This document shows positions 39,799 to 49,261 of a stretch of DNA of 64,000 nucleotides, one piece after another. This DNA is from Dehalococcoidia bacterium. GTDB taxonomy: Bacteria; Chloroflexota; Dehalococcoidia; UBA6926. Both the position numbers and the translations under genes were made by a program. The stretch spans positions 786,913-850,912 of the forward strand of contig OY762213.1 in assembly GCA_963665385.1 (NCBI GenBank), in the 5' to 3' direction. The notes under the pieces were generated by a model. The model did no database searches and was not told where the DNA came from. It saw only the letters and a list, made by a program, of their open reading frames with translations. The stretch's first letter is position 1. Each line of letters starts with the position of its first letter.

Positions 39799-40767
39799 CT
39801 AGTCATCGTCCGGATTCGGCTCGTCATCCAGGATGATAAAGTCCCCTGCGCCCCGGGCGTAGAGCGAGTCCAGGAGCCGCTTGCCAATCTCTTCCGAATC
39901 TGTGGCTGCGTCCGTGGTGATGGACTCACGCAACACGACCGTTCCATCCGGCGTGGCGGCCATCGCCTCAACGGAAAGGCTGCCACCCTGCACTGTGGCG
40001 TAGCAGGCGAGAGGCGTGCGGCAGAAACCACCAACCGCTCGTAGAAATGAACGCTCGGCTTCGGCGGCGATTCTGTGGTCGCGTTCTTCGGTGAGCGCGG
40101 CGACGGCGCATGCCTGTTCGTTGCTCTCAAGACATTCGATACCGATCGCGCCCTGGCCGACGGCGGGGAGCATAACATCCGGCTCGAGAAATTCCGTGAT
40201 GACGTTGTCCATGCCGAGGCGTTGGAGACCAACGGCGGCCAGCACTGCAGCCTCCGCCTCGATTTCCCGACCCTCACCTGTCACCTTGCGCACGCGGGTG
40301 TCCACGTTGCCTCTCAGCAGCACAATCTCAAGATCAGGCCGGTGAGCGAGGACCTGCGCGGCGCGGCGGATGCTGCCGGTCCCGACCCGCGCGCCAGTGG
40401 GGAGTTCGTTGAGCCCCTGGCCGTCTCGCGAGACGAGAACGTCGCGAGGATCGTTTCGGGGCATGACCCCGGCCAACGTGTGGCCGGGCGGCAGGCGCGT
40501 GGGCAGGTCCTTGAGGCTGTGGACGGCAAAGTCGATCTCACCGTTCGCAAGCGCGATCTGGATCTCCTTGACGAACACGCCCTGCCCAAGGTCCGGAATC
40601 GGCGTTGTTGGTTGTCTCTCGGCTGTGGTTGTGATGCCAACAACCTCGAACTCAAGCGAGGGCTCTTTCGCCAGCACGGCCTGCATGAACAGTTCGGTCT
40701 GGATCATTGCGAGCGGGCTTCTCCGCGTGCCGACGCGCAGCACGCGACGGCTATCCCCGGAAGCCAT
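39799..40767 (-). CDS. hemC: Hydroxymethylbilane synthase
   Basis: GTRRSPLA, GVFVKE, VHSLKDLP, RGNVDTR, PAVGQGA, GFC cofactor Cys; TGATG overlap with the upstream gene. Confidence 0.95.
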   Translation of the reverse strand: MASGDSRRVLRVGTRRSPLAMIQTELFMQAVLAKEPSLEFEVVGITTTAERQPTTPIPDLGQGVFVKEIQIALANGEIDFAVHSLKDLPTRLPPGHTLAGVMPRNDPRDVLVSRDGQGLNELPTGARVGTGSIRRAAQVLAHRPDLEIVLLRGNVDTRVRKVTGEGREIEAEAAVLAAVGLQRLGMDNVITEFLEPDVMLPAVGQGAIGIECLESNEQACAVAALTEERDHRIAAEAERSFLRAVGGFCRTPLACYATVQGGSLSVEAMAATPDGTVVLRESITTDAATDSEEIGKRLLDSLYARGAGDFIILDDEPNPDDD

Positions 40768-42266
40768 CAGTCGCTCCGTGCCCATTCAAGGGCGGCGTCA
40801 ACAAGGCCATCGGCTGTGTGCTCGGTTGCCTCCTGCGCAACGCGCAAGCCAACATCTTCAGCTCCGCGAGACGTGGTAGGGCCGGCGGAGATGACAGGAA
40901 TACCGTCCAATAGTGAGCGATCATCGCCGAGCGCCTCAACAAGGTTGCGCGCCGTTGACGGACTTGTGAGCAGGACGGCGTCGATGCCCCGCTCAATGGC
41001 CGCCTTCGCCCGCTCTGCGAGGCTAGGCCCGGGCAGCGTTCTGTAGACGACGATGGGGGCTGGTTCAAGGCCATGCTCCCTAAGCGCGGCGGGCAGGGCA
41101 TCATCGGCAAGGTTGCCTCGCGGGAGCAGCACGGTGTCTGCCTGTCTGCACTCCATAGCGATCGCGTCCGCAAGCGCTATTGTCGTGAATCGCCCCGGGA
41201 CAAGATCGGCGTTTAGGCCATGGCGATTCAGGGCCGCCGCGGTAGCCGGGCCGATGGCCGCAATTCGCGCCGCCGCCAAAGACCGCGCGTCTCGCCCGCT
41301 ATCAAGCAGTCGGCTCATGAAGTAATCAACGCCGTTGACACTCGTAAAGGCAATCACGCGAAAGTCTGCCAGCCTCTCGATAGCTGAATCCAACTCAGCC
41401 CAATCCTCCGCGCCGTCGAATGCGACGGCGGGCACATGGACGACCTCCGCCCCCGCGTCATCCAGCAACATGATCAGCTCTGCTGCCCGCGTCTCTCCGC
41501 GCAACACCATCAGGCGGTGTCCGAAGAGCGGCTTCTTCTCCAGCCAACCGATGCTGTCCCGGAGCCCGACAACGTTGCCGCAGACGAAGATAGCCGGGGT
41601 GCGGATTCCAACCTCCGCCGACGCGCCAACAATCGTCTCAAGCGTGGCCGTCGTCGTCCGCTGGCGGGATGTTGTGGCCTGTTCAATGACTGCTGCGGGC
41701 GTGTCTTCGGGCCAGCCGGCCATCAGCATCGCCCTCACCGTATTGGCGAGGGTGCGGACTCCCATGAGGACGATTGATGTCTGGTTGGTCGGGTTCAACG
41801 GCTGAGCGTTGCGCGATTGCTGTCCCGTATAGATACGGACGGCAGAGGCAAGGTTGCGGTCTGTGGCGGGGATTCCCGCATACGCAGGACCGGCCAACGC
41901 GGACGTGACGCCGGGAACAACGTCAAAGCTGACGCCCGCCTCGGAAAGCGCCGCTGCCTCCTCTCCGCCGCGTCCAAAGAGGAACGGGTCGCCGCCCTTG
42001 AGTCGCACAACGCGCGCTCCCCCCCGCGCCCGTTCGATGAGCAGTTCGTTGATCTCCTCTTGCAAGTGCTCGCCGCCGCGTGACGGGTGCTTGCCGACAT
42101 CGACCATTTCCGCCTCGGGGCGCCCCTCGGCCAGTAGGGAGGGATTCACAAGCCTGTCATAGACGATGACATCAGCGCGACGGAGCAGTCTCGCGCCCCG
42201 CACCGTGATTAACCCGGGATCGCCGGGTCCCGCGCCCACAAGGTGGACGATGCCGCCGCTAGCCAC
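40767..42266 (-). CDS. cobA: Uroporphyrinogen-III C-methyltransferase / synthase fusion (CobA-HemD)
   Basis: VGAGPGDPGLIT, RLKGGDPFLFGRGGEE, PGVTS; C-terminal FTSVNGV, AIGPATA, TSPST. Confidence 0.93.
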   Translation of the reverse strand: MASGGIVHLVGAGPGDPGLITVRGARLLRRADVIVYDRLVNPSLLAEGRPEAEMVDVGKHPSRGGEHLQEEINELLIERARGGARVVRLKGGDPFLFGRGGEEAAALSEAGVSFDVVPGVTSALAGPAYAGIPATDRNLASAVRIYTGQQSRNAQPLNPTNQTSIVLMGVRTLANTVRAMLMAGWPEDTPAAVIEQATTSRQRTTTATLETIVGASAEVGIRTPAIFVCGNVVGLRDSIGWLEKKPLFGHRLMVLRGETRAAELIMLLDDAGAEVVHVPAVAFDGAEDWAELDSAIERLADFRVIAFTSVNGVDYFMSRLLDSGRDARSLAAARIAAIGPATAAALNRHGLNADLVPGRFTTIALADAIAMECRQADTVLLPRGNLADDALPAALREHGLEPAPIVVYRTLPGPSLAERAKAAIERGIDAVLLTSPSTARNLVEALGDDRSLLDGIPVISAGPTTSRGAEDVGLRVAQEATEHTADGLVDAALEWARSD

Positions 42267-42900
42267 CGTCCTCTTCCGTCAGAAGCGCGACGATGTGTTT
42301 TCGCAGGGCGGCTGCGTTGTCCGCGTCGATCATCGCCCTCGTCTCGCTATCGTTCAATGCGGTTTGCCAACGTCGTGACTTTGGCATCCTGTCATCGCGC
42401 CGCAACTCCTCCCGCACATCAGCTAGAACGTCGAGCAACATGCCGTAACCCTCTGGCAGTGCGGCATCAATCTCCCGGCGCAGGAACGACGCCATGGCGG
42501 GGCTGCGTCCATTAGTTGAAATGGCCACCGTCGCATCACCGCGCCGCACAAGGGCAGGGTAGATCCACGTGCAGAGATCGGTGATGTCTACGACGTTCAG
42601 CAGGCACTTTTCTCGCTCGGCCTCTTCGCGAATCTGCTCGCTGAGGGGGCGGTCATGCGTCGTTGCGGATATGGCCAGGAACGCGCCCGCAAGGTCGCCC
42701 GGCTGATAGCTGCGGGAGTGCAGGGTGATGTCTCCCCGCGCCGCCATCTCGGTGAAACGAGGGCGTTCTTCGGGGGAAATAACGGTCACGACCGCGCCCG
42801 CTTCGACAAGTGAGCCCGCCTTCATCTGCGCCTCATCGTCGTCGCCAATGACGACGCATCGGCGTCCGCGCAGGTCAAGATAGACGGGAAAGTAGCCCAT
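42259..42900 (-). CDS. Precorrin-2 dehydrogenase / sirohydrochlorin ferrochelatase (CysG N-terminal type)
   Basis: YFPVYLDL, NVVD..C, VAISTNGRSP. Confidence 0.9.
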   Translation of the reverse strand: MGYFPVYLDLRGRRCVVIGDDDEAQMKAGSLVEAGAVVTVISPEERPRFTEMAARGDITLHSRSYQPGDLAGAFLAISATTHDRPLSEQIREEAEREKCLLNVVDITDLCTWIYPALVRRGDATVAISTNGRSPAMASFLRREIDAALPEGYGMLLDVLADVREELRRDDRMPKSRRWQTALNDSETRAMIDADNAAALRKHIVALLTEEDGG

Positions 42901-42929
42901 GCACGTCTCGCTCGTTGGTGAAAGGCGGC

Positions 42930-43790
42930 CTATGTCCCCGCAGTGGCGGTTGCGTGCGACGGGACGGAGTCTTTTGCGTTCAGATAATCCGCCAGGGCGA
43001 GCACCAACGGCCCCATCTTGGGGTTGACGGGCTCGACGTGCGGTTCAACGCCGTGGTCGCGCAGCGCCCGTGTGCATACGGGTCCGACCGACGCCACGAC
43101 GATTCCAGAGGAAAGCGCTTCGCGAAGCTCGTCGGCAAGACCAACCTGCTCCGCGATACGGAAGAGATTGTGCGCCTGCGACTGCGTGGTCAGCATGAGG
43201 GCATCCACGTCTTGTGCGAGCATCAGTGCGATAGCATCGACGACGGGGCGCGTGTCTTCCGGGAGCTGCCACGAATAGAGGGATACTTCGAGAACGTCCG
43301 CCTCCAACGCCTCAAGCTCACCGCGCAGCCACGCGTTCACCTCGCCGTAGTGTTGAAGAACGACACGCTTGCCGCTCAGATCGATATCGGATGCCTTGAG
43401 CGCCGCCAGCAGGTCTTCGGATGTGTACGGAGACGGTGAGACGAGTGTGATGGGCACATTGAGCGGCTTGAGGACAGCCACCGGCTTTGGGCCGCGGCAG
43501 ATGACGGTTGTTTCGCGAAGGGCGTCAAGGAACTCATCCTTGCGGGCAAGTTCATCGGCCGCGTTGATCAGGGCGCGCGCGCCGACACCTGTGAGGAAGA
43601 CCGCCGCCTGAATTGTGTGGGCGCAGATGCCGTCGATAACGTCACGTACGTCCTGCCGCATTGGGAGCGCCGCCTCGCGCAAAGCTGGTGCGCTAATGGC
43701 CTCGCCGCCATGGCGAGCAACAAGATTGCCGAGTTCAGAGGGCATCCGCGCCTCAAGGACAACAATGCGCCGTCCTCCAAGGTCAGCCAT
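42930..43790 (-). CDS. hemD: Uroporphyrinogen-III synthase (stand-alone HemD-like)
   Basis: FLTGVG, RGPKP, VLQHYG, Y.W.LP, SVGPVC..AL, KMG.LV. Confidence 0.82.
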   Translation of the reverse strand: MADLGGRRIVVLEARMPSELGNLVARHGGEAISAPALREAALPMRQDVRDVIDGICAHTIQAAVFLTGVGARALINAADELARKDEFLDALRETTVICRGPKPVAVLKPLNVPITLVSPSPYTSEDLLAALKASDIDLSGKRVVLQHYGEVNAWLRGELEALEADVLEVSLYSWQLPEDTRPVVDAIALMLAQDVDALMLTTQSQAHNLFRIAEQVGLADELREALSSGIVVASVGPVCTRALRDHGVEPHVEPVNPKMGPLVLALADYLNAKDSVPSHATATAGT

Positions 43791-43845
43791 ATATGCCCCG
43801 CTTTCTCAGTCGATTCCGATCACTCAGCGGCTTGCGTGTTCGATT

Positions 43846-45648
43846 CTACGTCGCGCACTCGCCCTCGCCACGCTCCATGACGTATAGCACGGACTTGTCG
43901 TAGTCGATGTAGTGATCGAGGTTCGCCTTGTTGAGCGGCCCGACGTCCTGGTAATCCTTGATGATCTCCTCGAACGGCTCGCGACCCAGCCGGTGAGCGA
44001 AGTCCTTGAACAGCTCGCCGTCCTCGCGGTTGTCCCTGTAGTACCGGAGGAGGTGGAATACGGCCTCCGTCACCTTCTTGGCGGGAATCTTGCCGCGAGG
44101 CCGCACGCCAAAGCGCATGTCCGCGTTCTCATGGCTGCCGCCCAGGAAGACCTCATACGCCGGGATCTGTCCGCCGCCGGGGCCCTTGATGAACGCGCCG
44201 TGGAAGCCAATGTCCGATACGTGGTGGCGACCGCAGCCGTTTGGGCATCCACTCATCTTGATGTGCATCTGCTTGATGAGCGGGTCTTCCAGCAGATTCG
44301 TGTGGCCGTTGGGGCTGCGAACCGCATCCGCGACCGCCTTGTTCAGACCCATAGAGGACGTGATGCCGAGCTTGCAGCTGTCCGTGCCGGGGCAGGACGT
44401 CACGTCCGTGATCTGGTTCATGCCGCCTTCATGCAGGTCCAGCGCCACAAGCTCCTGGTACACGTCGTACAGATACGCATTCGGCACCCAGCGGAGCATC
44501 ATGTTCTGTTCCGGCGTGGTGCGGATACGGTAACTCGCGTACTTCCGGGAAATCTCGGACGTTCCGTAGTACTGCTCCGGCGAGAGGTCGCCGCGCGTCA
44601 CGGTGATGCCGACGAAGCTGTAGCCGTCCGCCTCTTGCGGGATGACGTTGGACTTTTTCCACGCCTGGAAAGCCGCGTCGTCCTCGCCGCGCGGCTCAAC
44701 GCCGGTTGGCAGGGCGGGGATGTCCGCCGCTTCGTCGTCGTGGAAGAGCAGGTAGTCCTTGTCCTCGTAGTCCTGTGCCCAGTCCTGCTGCAACTCTTCT
44801 TCGACCTGCTCGCGGAAGGAATCGATGCCCTCGGTGTGAATGAGAACCTTGATCCGTGCCTTCATCTTGTTGCGGCGCAGCCACGCCGTCCGGTTGAAGA
44901 CGCGCAGCATGGCTTCCGAGACGCGGAGGAACTCATCGACGGGCACGAACTCATAGATGGTCTCTGCAATCAGCGGCTGAATCGACGTGCCGCCGCCGAC
45001 CGTGATCTTGAAGCCCTTGACCTGCTCGCCGTCGATTTCCCTGACCCGGGCGACGAAGCCGATGTCATGCATTCCCACCGTCGCGCAGTCATGGTCGCCG
45101 CAGGAGAAGGCGGGCTTGACCTTGCGCGGCATGTGGAACGTGAAATCGCGTCGCACAAAGTTGCGGGCAAACGCGCCCATGTAGGGCAGGATGTCGAATG
45201 CCTGTTGGGGGTCGATGCCTGCCATCGGGCAGGCCGTGATATTGCGAACCGAGTTGCCGCAGGCCTCCTTCGTGCTCAGGCCGACGCTCTGGAGAAGGTG
45301 CATGGCCTTCGCCGCGTCCTCAAGCAGGAGGTGGTGGAGTTGGACGTTCTCACGCGTGGTTATGTGGCCCTTGCGGAGTGGCGCCCAATGCTCGGCAATC
45401 TGGCCGATGGCGTCCCACTGGTCTGCGTGTGCAAGGCCGCCGGGAATCTTGACGCGGAACATCTGCGCGTCAGGCTGCCTCTGGCCATAAACGCCGAGAC
45501 GCAGCCGGAAGGACATGAATTCGTCCTCCGGGATTTCTCCTGCGCGAAACTCCTTGACCTTGCCTTCGTAGTCGGCAATCTCCTCATCCAGGTACTGGAT
45601 GATCGAGGGTCGGGCGGAACGCTGTCCCGTTTCCGTTGTCGTAGCCAC
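43846..45648 (-). CDS. sir: Siroheme/[4Fe-4S] sulfite reductase
   Basis: GVYGQRQ, RVKIPGG, TTRENVQLH, CPGTDSCKLG and SGCPNGCG cluster ligands; within the cys operon. Confidence 0.9.
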   Translation of the reverse strand: MATTTETGQRSARPSIIQYLDEEIADYEGKVKEFRAGEIPEDEFMSFRLRLGVYGQRQPDAQMFRVKIPGGLAHADQWDAIGQIAEHWAPLRKGHITTRENVQLHHLLLEDAAKAMHLLQSVGLSTKEACGNSVRNITACPMAGIDPQQAFDILPYMGAFARNFVRRDFTFHMPRKVKPAFSCGDHDCATVGMHDIGFVARVREIDGEQVKGFKITVGGGTSIQPLIAETIYEFVPVDEFLRVSEAMLRVFNRTAWLRRNKMKARIKVLIHTEGIDSFREQVEEELQQDWAQDYEDKDYLLFHDDEAADIPALPTGVEPRGEDDAAFQAWKKSNVIPQEADGYSFVGITVTRGDLSPEQYYGTSEISRKYASYRIRTTPEQNMMLRWVPNAYLYDVYQELVALDLHEGGMNQITDVTSCPGTDSCKLGITSSMGLNKAVADAVRSPNGHTNLLEDPLIKQMHIKMSGCPNGCGRHHVSDIGFHGAFIKGPGGGQIPAYEVFLGGSHENADMRFGVRPRGKIPAKKVTEAVFHLLRYYRDNREDGELFKDFAHRLGREPFEEIIKDYQDVGPLNKANLDHYIDYDKSVLYVMERGEGECAT

Positions 45649-45799
45649 GTTATCCTCCCTCCGGATAGCTCCCTACAGGGTACGCCCGCCGGCGCTCCAA
45701 CTCAAATTATTTTCTCGGTTCGCCATAAAGTCTGGTTTGCCTATTCGCTCAGCGTTCCGTGTTCCGTCTTGAGTGGCCGCGTGAATGATGGCGGTGAGG

Positions 45800-47008
45800 C
45801 TATCCCTTCGCCGCCTCAATCAGAATCTGCGCCACCTCAGGCCGCGTGAACTCCATGGGCGGCACCTCGCCGCGCGACAGCATGTCGCGCACCTGCGTGC
45901 CGCTCAGGAACACACGCTGTTCCGGACCGTGCGGGCACGTCTTCATTGACGCCATGCCTTCGCACCGATTGCAGTAGAAGGAGTGGTCGAAGTACAGGGG
46001 CGTGATGCCGAGGTCTTCGGCCGGGATGCTGCGGAGCAGGTCCTGTGCGTCGTATGTGCCGTAGTAGTTGCCGACACCCGCGTGGTCGCGTCCGACGATG
46101 AAGTGCGTGCAGCCATAGTTCTTGCGAACAAGGGCATGGAACACGGCCTCGCGCGGGCCTGCGTAGCGCATCGCCGCTGGCAGCACCGACAAGTGGACGC
46201 GATCCTCGGGGTAGTACCCCTCGATCAACGCCTCGTAGCAGCGCATGCGCACGTCCGCGGGGATATCGTCCGGCTTAGTCTCGCCCACCAACGGGTGGAG
46301 GAGCAGGCCGTCGACTATCTCAAGCGCAGCCTTCTGGATGTACTCATGCGCGCGGTGCACGGGGTTGCGGGTCTGGAACCCGACAATGGTGCGCCAATGC
46401 CGTTCCGCAAAGGCGGCGCGTGTCTGCGCCGGGTCCTCGCGGTATGGCCGCAGCTCCGGCTCCAGGTTCTCACGCTCGATGACCGTGACGGAGCCGCCGA
46501 TGAGCATCTCATGTTGGCTGTACACGGAAGCGACGCCGGGATGCGCCTCCTCTGTCGTTGCGAAGACGTGTTGCGCCTCTACTTCCTTGTCGTAGTCGTA
46601 CACCTCGTCGACAGAAAGGATGGCGAGGTGGCGGCCGACGGTGTCCACGAGCACGACGTCCTGCCCACTCTTCAGGCCGCGCGCAGTGTCTGCGGGGGCC
46701 GAAAGGGTAATGGGCAGGCTCCAGAGCGTGCCGTCCGCCAAACGCATTTCACGAACCGTGCGCGAGTAGTCCGCCTGGTTCATGAATCCTGTTAGTGGGC
46801 TCATTGCGCCGACGGCGATGAGGTCAAGGTCGGCAGTCTCACGCATGCTCAGAGTAATGTGGGTCAGCTCCGGCGCGCGCTCCCGGATCTCCGTGGCCTG
46901 GTCAGGCGACGCGAATCGGTCGACCAGTGTGCCGCCGTGTGGGGCGATCGTTTCTTCCACGTCCGCGTGGGGAGAGGTGGTGTGAGTGTTAAGCGTGGTC
47001 GTTGTCAT
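45800..47008 (-). CDS. sat: Sulfate adenylyltransferase
   Basis: PHGG, SPLTGFM, FQTRNPVHRAHE, MRYAGPREA, IVGRDHAG, SGTQVR. Confidence 0.97.
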   Translation of the reverse strand: MTTTTLNTHTTSPHADVEETIAPHGGTLVDRFASPDQATEIRERAPELTHITLSMRETADLDLIAVGAMSPLTGFMNQADYSRTVREMRLADGTLWSLPITLSAPADTARGLKSGQDVVLVDTVGRHLAILSVDEVYDYDKEVEAQHVFATTEEAHPGVASVYSQHEMLIGGSVTVIERENLEPELRPYREDPAQTRAAFAERHWRTIVGFQTRNPVHRAHEYIQKAALEIVDGLLLHPLVGETKPDDIPADVRMRCYEALIEGYYPEDRVHLSVLPAAMRYAGPREAVFHALVRKNYGCTHFIVGRDHAGVGNYYGTYDAQDLLRSIPAEDLGITPLYFDHSFYCNRCEGMASMKTCPHGPEQRVFLSGTQVRDMLSRGEVPPMEFTRPEVAQILIEAAKG

Positions 47009-47011
47009 GAT

Positions 47012-47584
47012 CTAGGTCGCTGCCCCCGCCAACTCTCTGCTCGCGCCGGACGGGATGATGCCCCGCTCCTCAAGCGCGCCCAGCACCTTGCCGAGGCTCT
47101 CCTCGATCTCTTCCTGCTCGGTGTCGACAAGAACCTCGGGGGTCAACGGCTCCTCGTAAGGATCGGAAACCCCGGTGAAATTCTGAATCTCGCCCTTGAG
47201 CGCCTTCTCATACAGTCCCTTGACGTCGCGCTTGACGAGTTCATCAAGCGAGGCGTGTACGTGGACTTCAATGAAATCGCCGATCTGCTCCCGCACTTCG
47301 TCCCGAACCTCGCGGTAGGGAGAGATGGCGGACACGATGCTCACAACGCCGTTGCGCGTCAGCAGGTCGCTGACAAAGCCGATGCGGCGGATGTTGGTGT
47401 CACGGTCTTCCTTGCTGAATCCAAGTCCCTTGCTGAGGTTCGTGCGAACAACGTCGCCATCCAGCAGCTCGGACTTGATGCCCTGGTCTCGCAGAACCGC
47501 CAGCAGTCGCTCTGCAATGGTGCTCTTGCCGGCGCCCGAAAGCCCGGTGAACCAAACGGTCACTCCATTGTGGTTGGTGGTCAC
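47012..47584 (-). CDS. cysC: Adenylyl-sulfate kinase
   Basis: [32 protein letters not shown]; AGGAGG RBS. Confidence 0.97.
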   Translation of the reverse strand: MTTNHNGVTVWFTGLSGAGKSTIAERLLAVLRDQGIKSELLDGDVVRTNLSKGLGFSKEDRDTNIRRIGFVSDLLTRNGVVSIVSAISPYREVRDEVREQIGDFIEVHVHASLDELVKRDVKGLYEKALKGEIQNFTGVSDPYEEPLTPEVLVDTEQEEIEESLGKVLGALEERGIIPSGASRELAGAAT

Positions 47585-47659
47585 TCTCAAATTCCTCCTG
47601 TGAGTTTTCCTTGCCGTTATCGGCGTTCTCGCGTGTTGTGTGATGTTGAGACAGCTACG

Positions 47660-48478
47660 TCAGTTCGCCGCAGTCGTTGATACGACCTTGCCCGTCTCAG
47701 GGTCGATGTGGATGCCGCATTCGACCTTGTCCTCGAAATCGGACCAGCGGCCTGCGCGCGGATCCTCGCCGGGCTCCACCGGGCGCGTGCAATTTGTGCA
47801 GCCGATGCTCGGGTAGCCCTGCTCGTGCAGCGCGTTGTAGGGGACGTTGTTCTCGCGGATGTAGTCCCAAACGTCATCCTCAGACCAGTTGGCCAGGGGA
47901 TTGATCTTGATGAGGTCGAACTTGGTGTCCCACGCGACAATCGCAACATCCTTGCGGGTGTCGCCCTGATCGCGACGCAGACCGGCGATCCATGCCTTCT
48001 GTCCGACAAGCGCCTGCTCATTCGGCGCAACCTTGCGAATCTCGCAGCAGAGGTCGGGATCAACCTTCCACAGCTCCGGCCCATGCAGGGCGGCCTGCTG
48101 CGCGACGGTCACGTCCGTCTTGAATCCGATGGGCTGGATGCCGTAACGACGCCCCACCTTGTCCTTGAGATTATGCGTATCCGGGAACAGGAAATCTGTG
48201 TCCACGTAGAAGACGGAGACCTCAGGGTTGATCTTCATGGCCATATCAAGCAGGACCATGCCGGACACGCCGCCGAAGCTGCACGCAAGAGTGATGTCCG
48301 GGAAGAAGTTCTCAACAGCCCAGCGGACAATCTCGCCCGGGTGCGCGTCTTCAAGCTGAGCGCTCACCTCCGCCAGCCGCTCCTCCGTCCATTCCGTCCG
48401 AAGTGCTTCCAGTGTTGCCATTTGCTCCGGTTCCCCCTCGATTCCTTCTGCGTTCGTGTACGGTGTTCGCTCTGTCAT
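47660..48478 (-). CDS. cysH: APS/PAPS reductase
   Basis: SFG, DT, CCEIRK, GLRRDQ, GYPSIGCTNCT, RAGRW, ECGIH. Alternative start at 48421 has a better RBS. Confidence 0.95.
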   Translation of the reverse strand: MTERTPYTNAEGIEGEPEQMATLEALRTEWTEERLAEVSAQLEDAHPGEIVRWAVENFFPDITLACSFGGVSGMVLLDMAMKINPEVSVFYVDTDFLFPDTHNLKDKVGRRYGIQPIGFKTDVTVAQQAALHGPELWKVDPDLCCEIRKVAPNEQALVGQKAWIAGLRRDQGDTRKDVAIVAWDTKFDLIKINPLANWSEDDVWDYIRENNVPYNALHEQGYPSIGCTNCTRPVEPGEDPRAGRWSDFEDKVECGIHIDPETGKVVSTTAAN

Positions 48479-48484
48479 TCAGAG

Positions 48485-48518
48485 AAAAGAAAACCGCCCC
48501 TTCTGTTGTGGGGCGGTT
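48485..48518 (-). terminator. Intrinsic terminator in the cys operon leader
   Basis: mRNA AACCGCCCC-ACAACAGAA-GGGGCGGTT followed by TTCTTTT, upstream of the first structural gene. Confidence 0.85.
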
Positions 48519-48579
48519 GATGCGCTGTTTCTGTGTTGCCAGAGATTCAGCGCTGCTCTGTCCTTGAGGCCTGCTATTG

Positions 48580-48690
48580 CTAGCGCGCGGCCTCCCGCCC
48601 CGGGACGGGCATGTAACACGAGCAGGTCACCGCGGCGCGGCGCGCCAGGGCGGCAACTGATGGACTATGTGTATTTGCGAAGGTGTTCAT
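48580..48690 (-). CDS. Putative Cys-containing leader peptide, 36 aa (MNTFANTHSPSVAALARRAAVTCSCYMPVPGREAAR)
   Basis: Translated by hand; lies between a near-consensus promoter and the leader terminator; Cys-Ser-Cys-Tyr-Met codons precede an antiterminator-capable GGGGCGG. Confidence 0.7.
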   Translation of the reverse strand: MNTFANTHSPSVAALARRAAVTCSCYMPVPGREAAR

Positions 48691-48714
48691 CGTTCTTGCG
48701 ATTTACTTATGGGC

Positions 48715-48743
48715 ACTATAAGCGCACTCCTATCTGATGTCAA
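48715..48743 (-). promoter_or_regulatory. Sigma70-type promoter of the cys operon
   Basis: TTGACA-17 nt-TATAGT on the minus strand. Confidence 0.8.
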
Positions 48744-48837
48744 TACGCTTGTGACGGATGTCACGCTCTAGCGATATGGTATAGTAATCTTACTTAATCG
48801 TAGCCTAGGGTTACAGGTAGATCTAAATCTTAAGTTA

Positions 48838-48879
48838 GGACACAAAGATGGCGGGCGTCAGCCCGCCATCTTTGTGTCC
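48838..48879. terminator. Perfect 19-bp hairpin
   Basis: GGACACAAAGATGGCGGGC-GTCA-GCCCGCCATCTTTGTGTCC, immediately after the stop of the 48889-49257 gene. Confidence 0.75.
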
Positions 48880-48888
48880 CCGGCCCCT

Positions 48889-49257
48889 TTATTCCTCCAG
48901 CTCGCTCACGTTGGCGCGCATGGCCTCCGCCTCTTCAAGCAGGCGGGCGAATAGCGGCCAGATATCCTCGTCGGTCGGGTCCATGGTGGAGATCGACATG
49001 ACGCGATGCAGCACACCGCTGCTGACGCCGACCGTCTCAGATTCCCCAACCTCCGGCAGTGCGACGCCCAGCGCCCGCGCCACAAGCTGCGCCTGCGTGC
49101 GTCCCAAGTCGTCGTTGGGGCAGATCACCATTGGGTTGCCGTCATGGAGTAGTCGTGTTTCGGCCTCGCTGCGCGACAGTGTCACTTCGATGCGGCGCTG
49201 GGGTCGGGCGAGTAGTTCTTCGGCGTAATCCCAGGCCTCGTCTTGCGGGGTGGTCAT
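48889..49257 (-). CDS. Hypothetical protein
   Basis: Typical codon usage, ATG 4 nt after the upstream stop, hairpin downstream; no recognisable motif. Confidence 0.7.
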   Translation of the reverse strand: MTTPQDEAWDYAEELLARPQRRIEVTLSRSEAETRLLHDGNPMVICPNDDLGRTQAQLVARALGVALPEVGESETVGVSSGVLHRVMSISTMDPTDEDIWPLFARLLEEAEAMRANVSELEE

Positions 49258-49261
49258 TGTG

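Noticed and set aside
43912-45849. Long antisense ORFs (645 aa here; also 2530-3879, 55612-56862, 62912-63970)
   Set aside because: Shadows of well-supported genes on the opposite strand, expected in GC-rich DNA; no protein motifs.
48480-48720. T-box or SAM riboswitch in the cys leader
   Set aside because: No T-box GGTGGNACC motif and no SAM-I core (ATCNAGAG..GCAACC) found; the leader-peptide model fits better.
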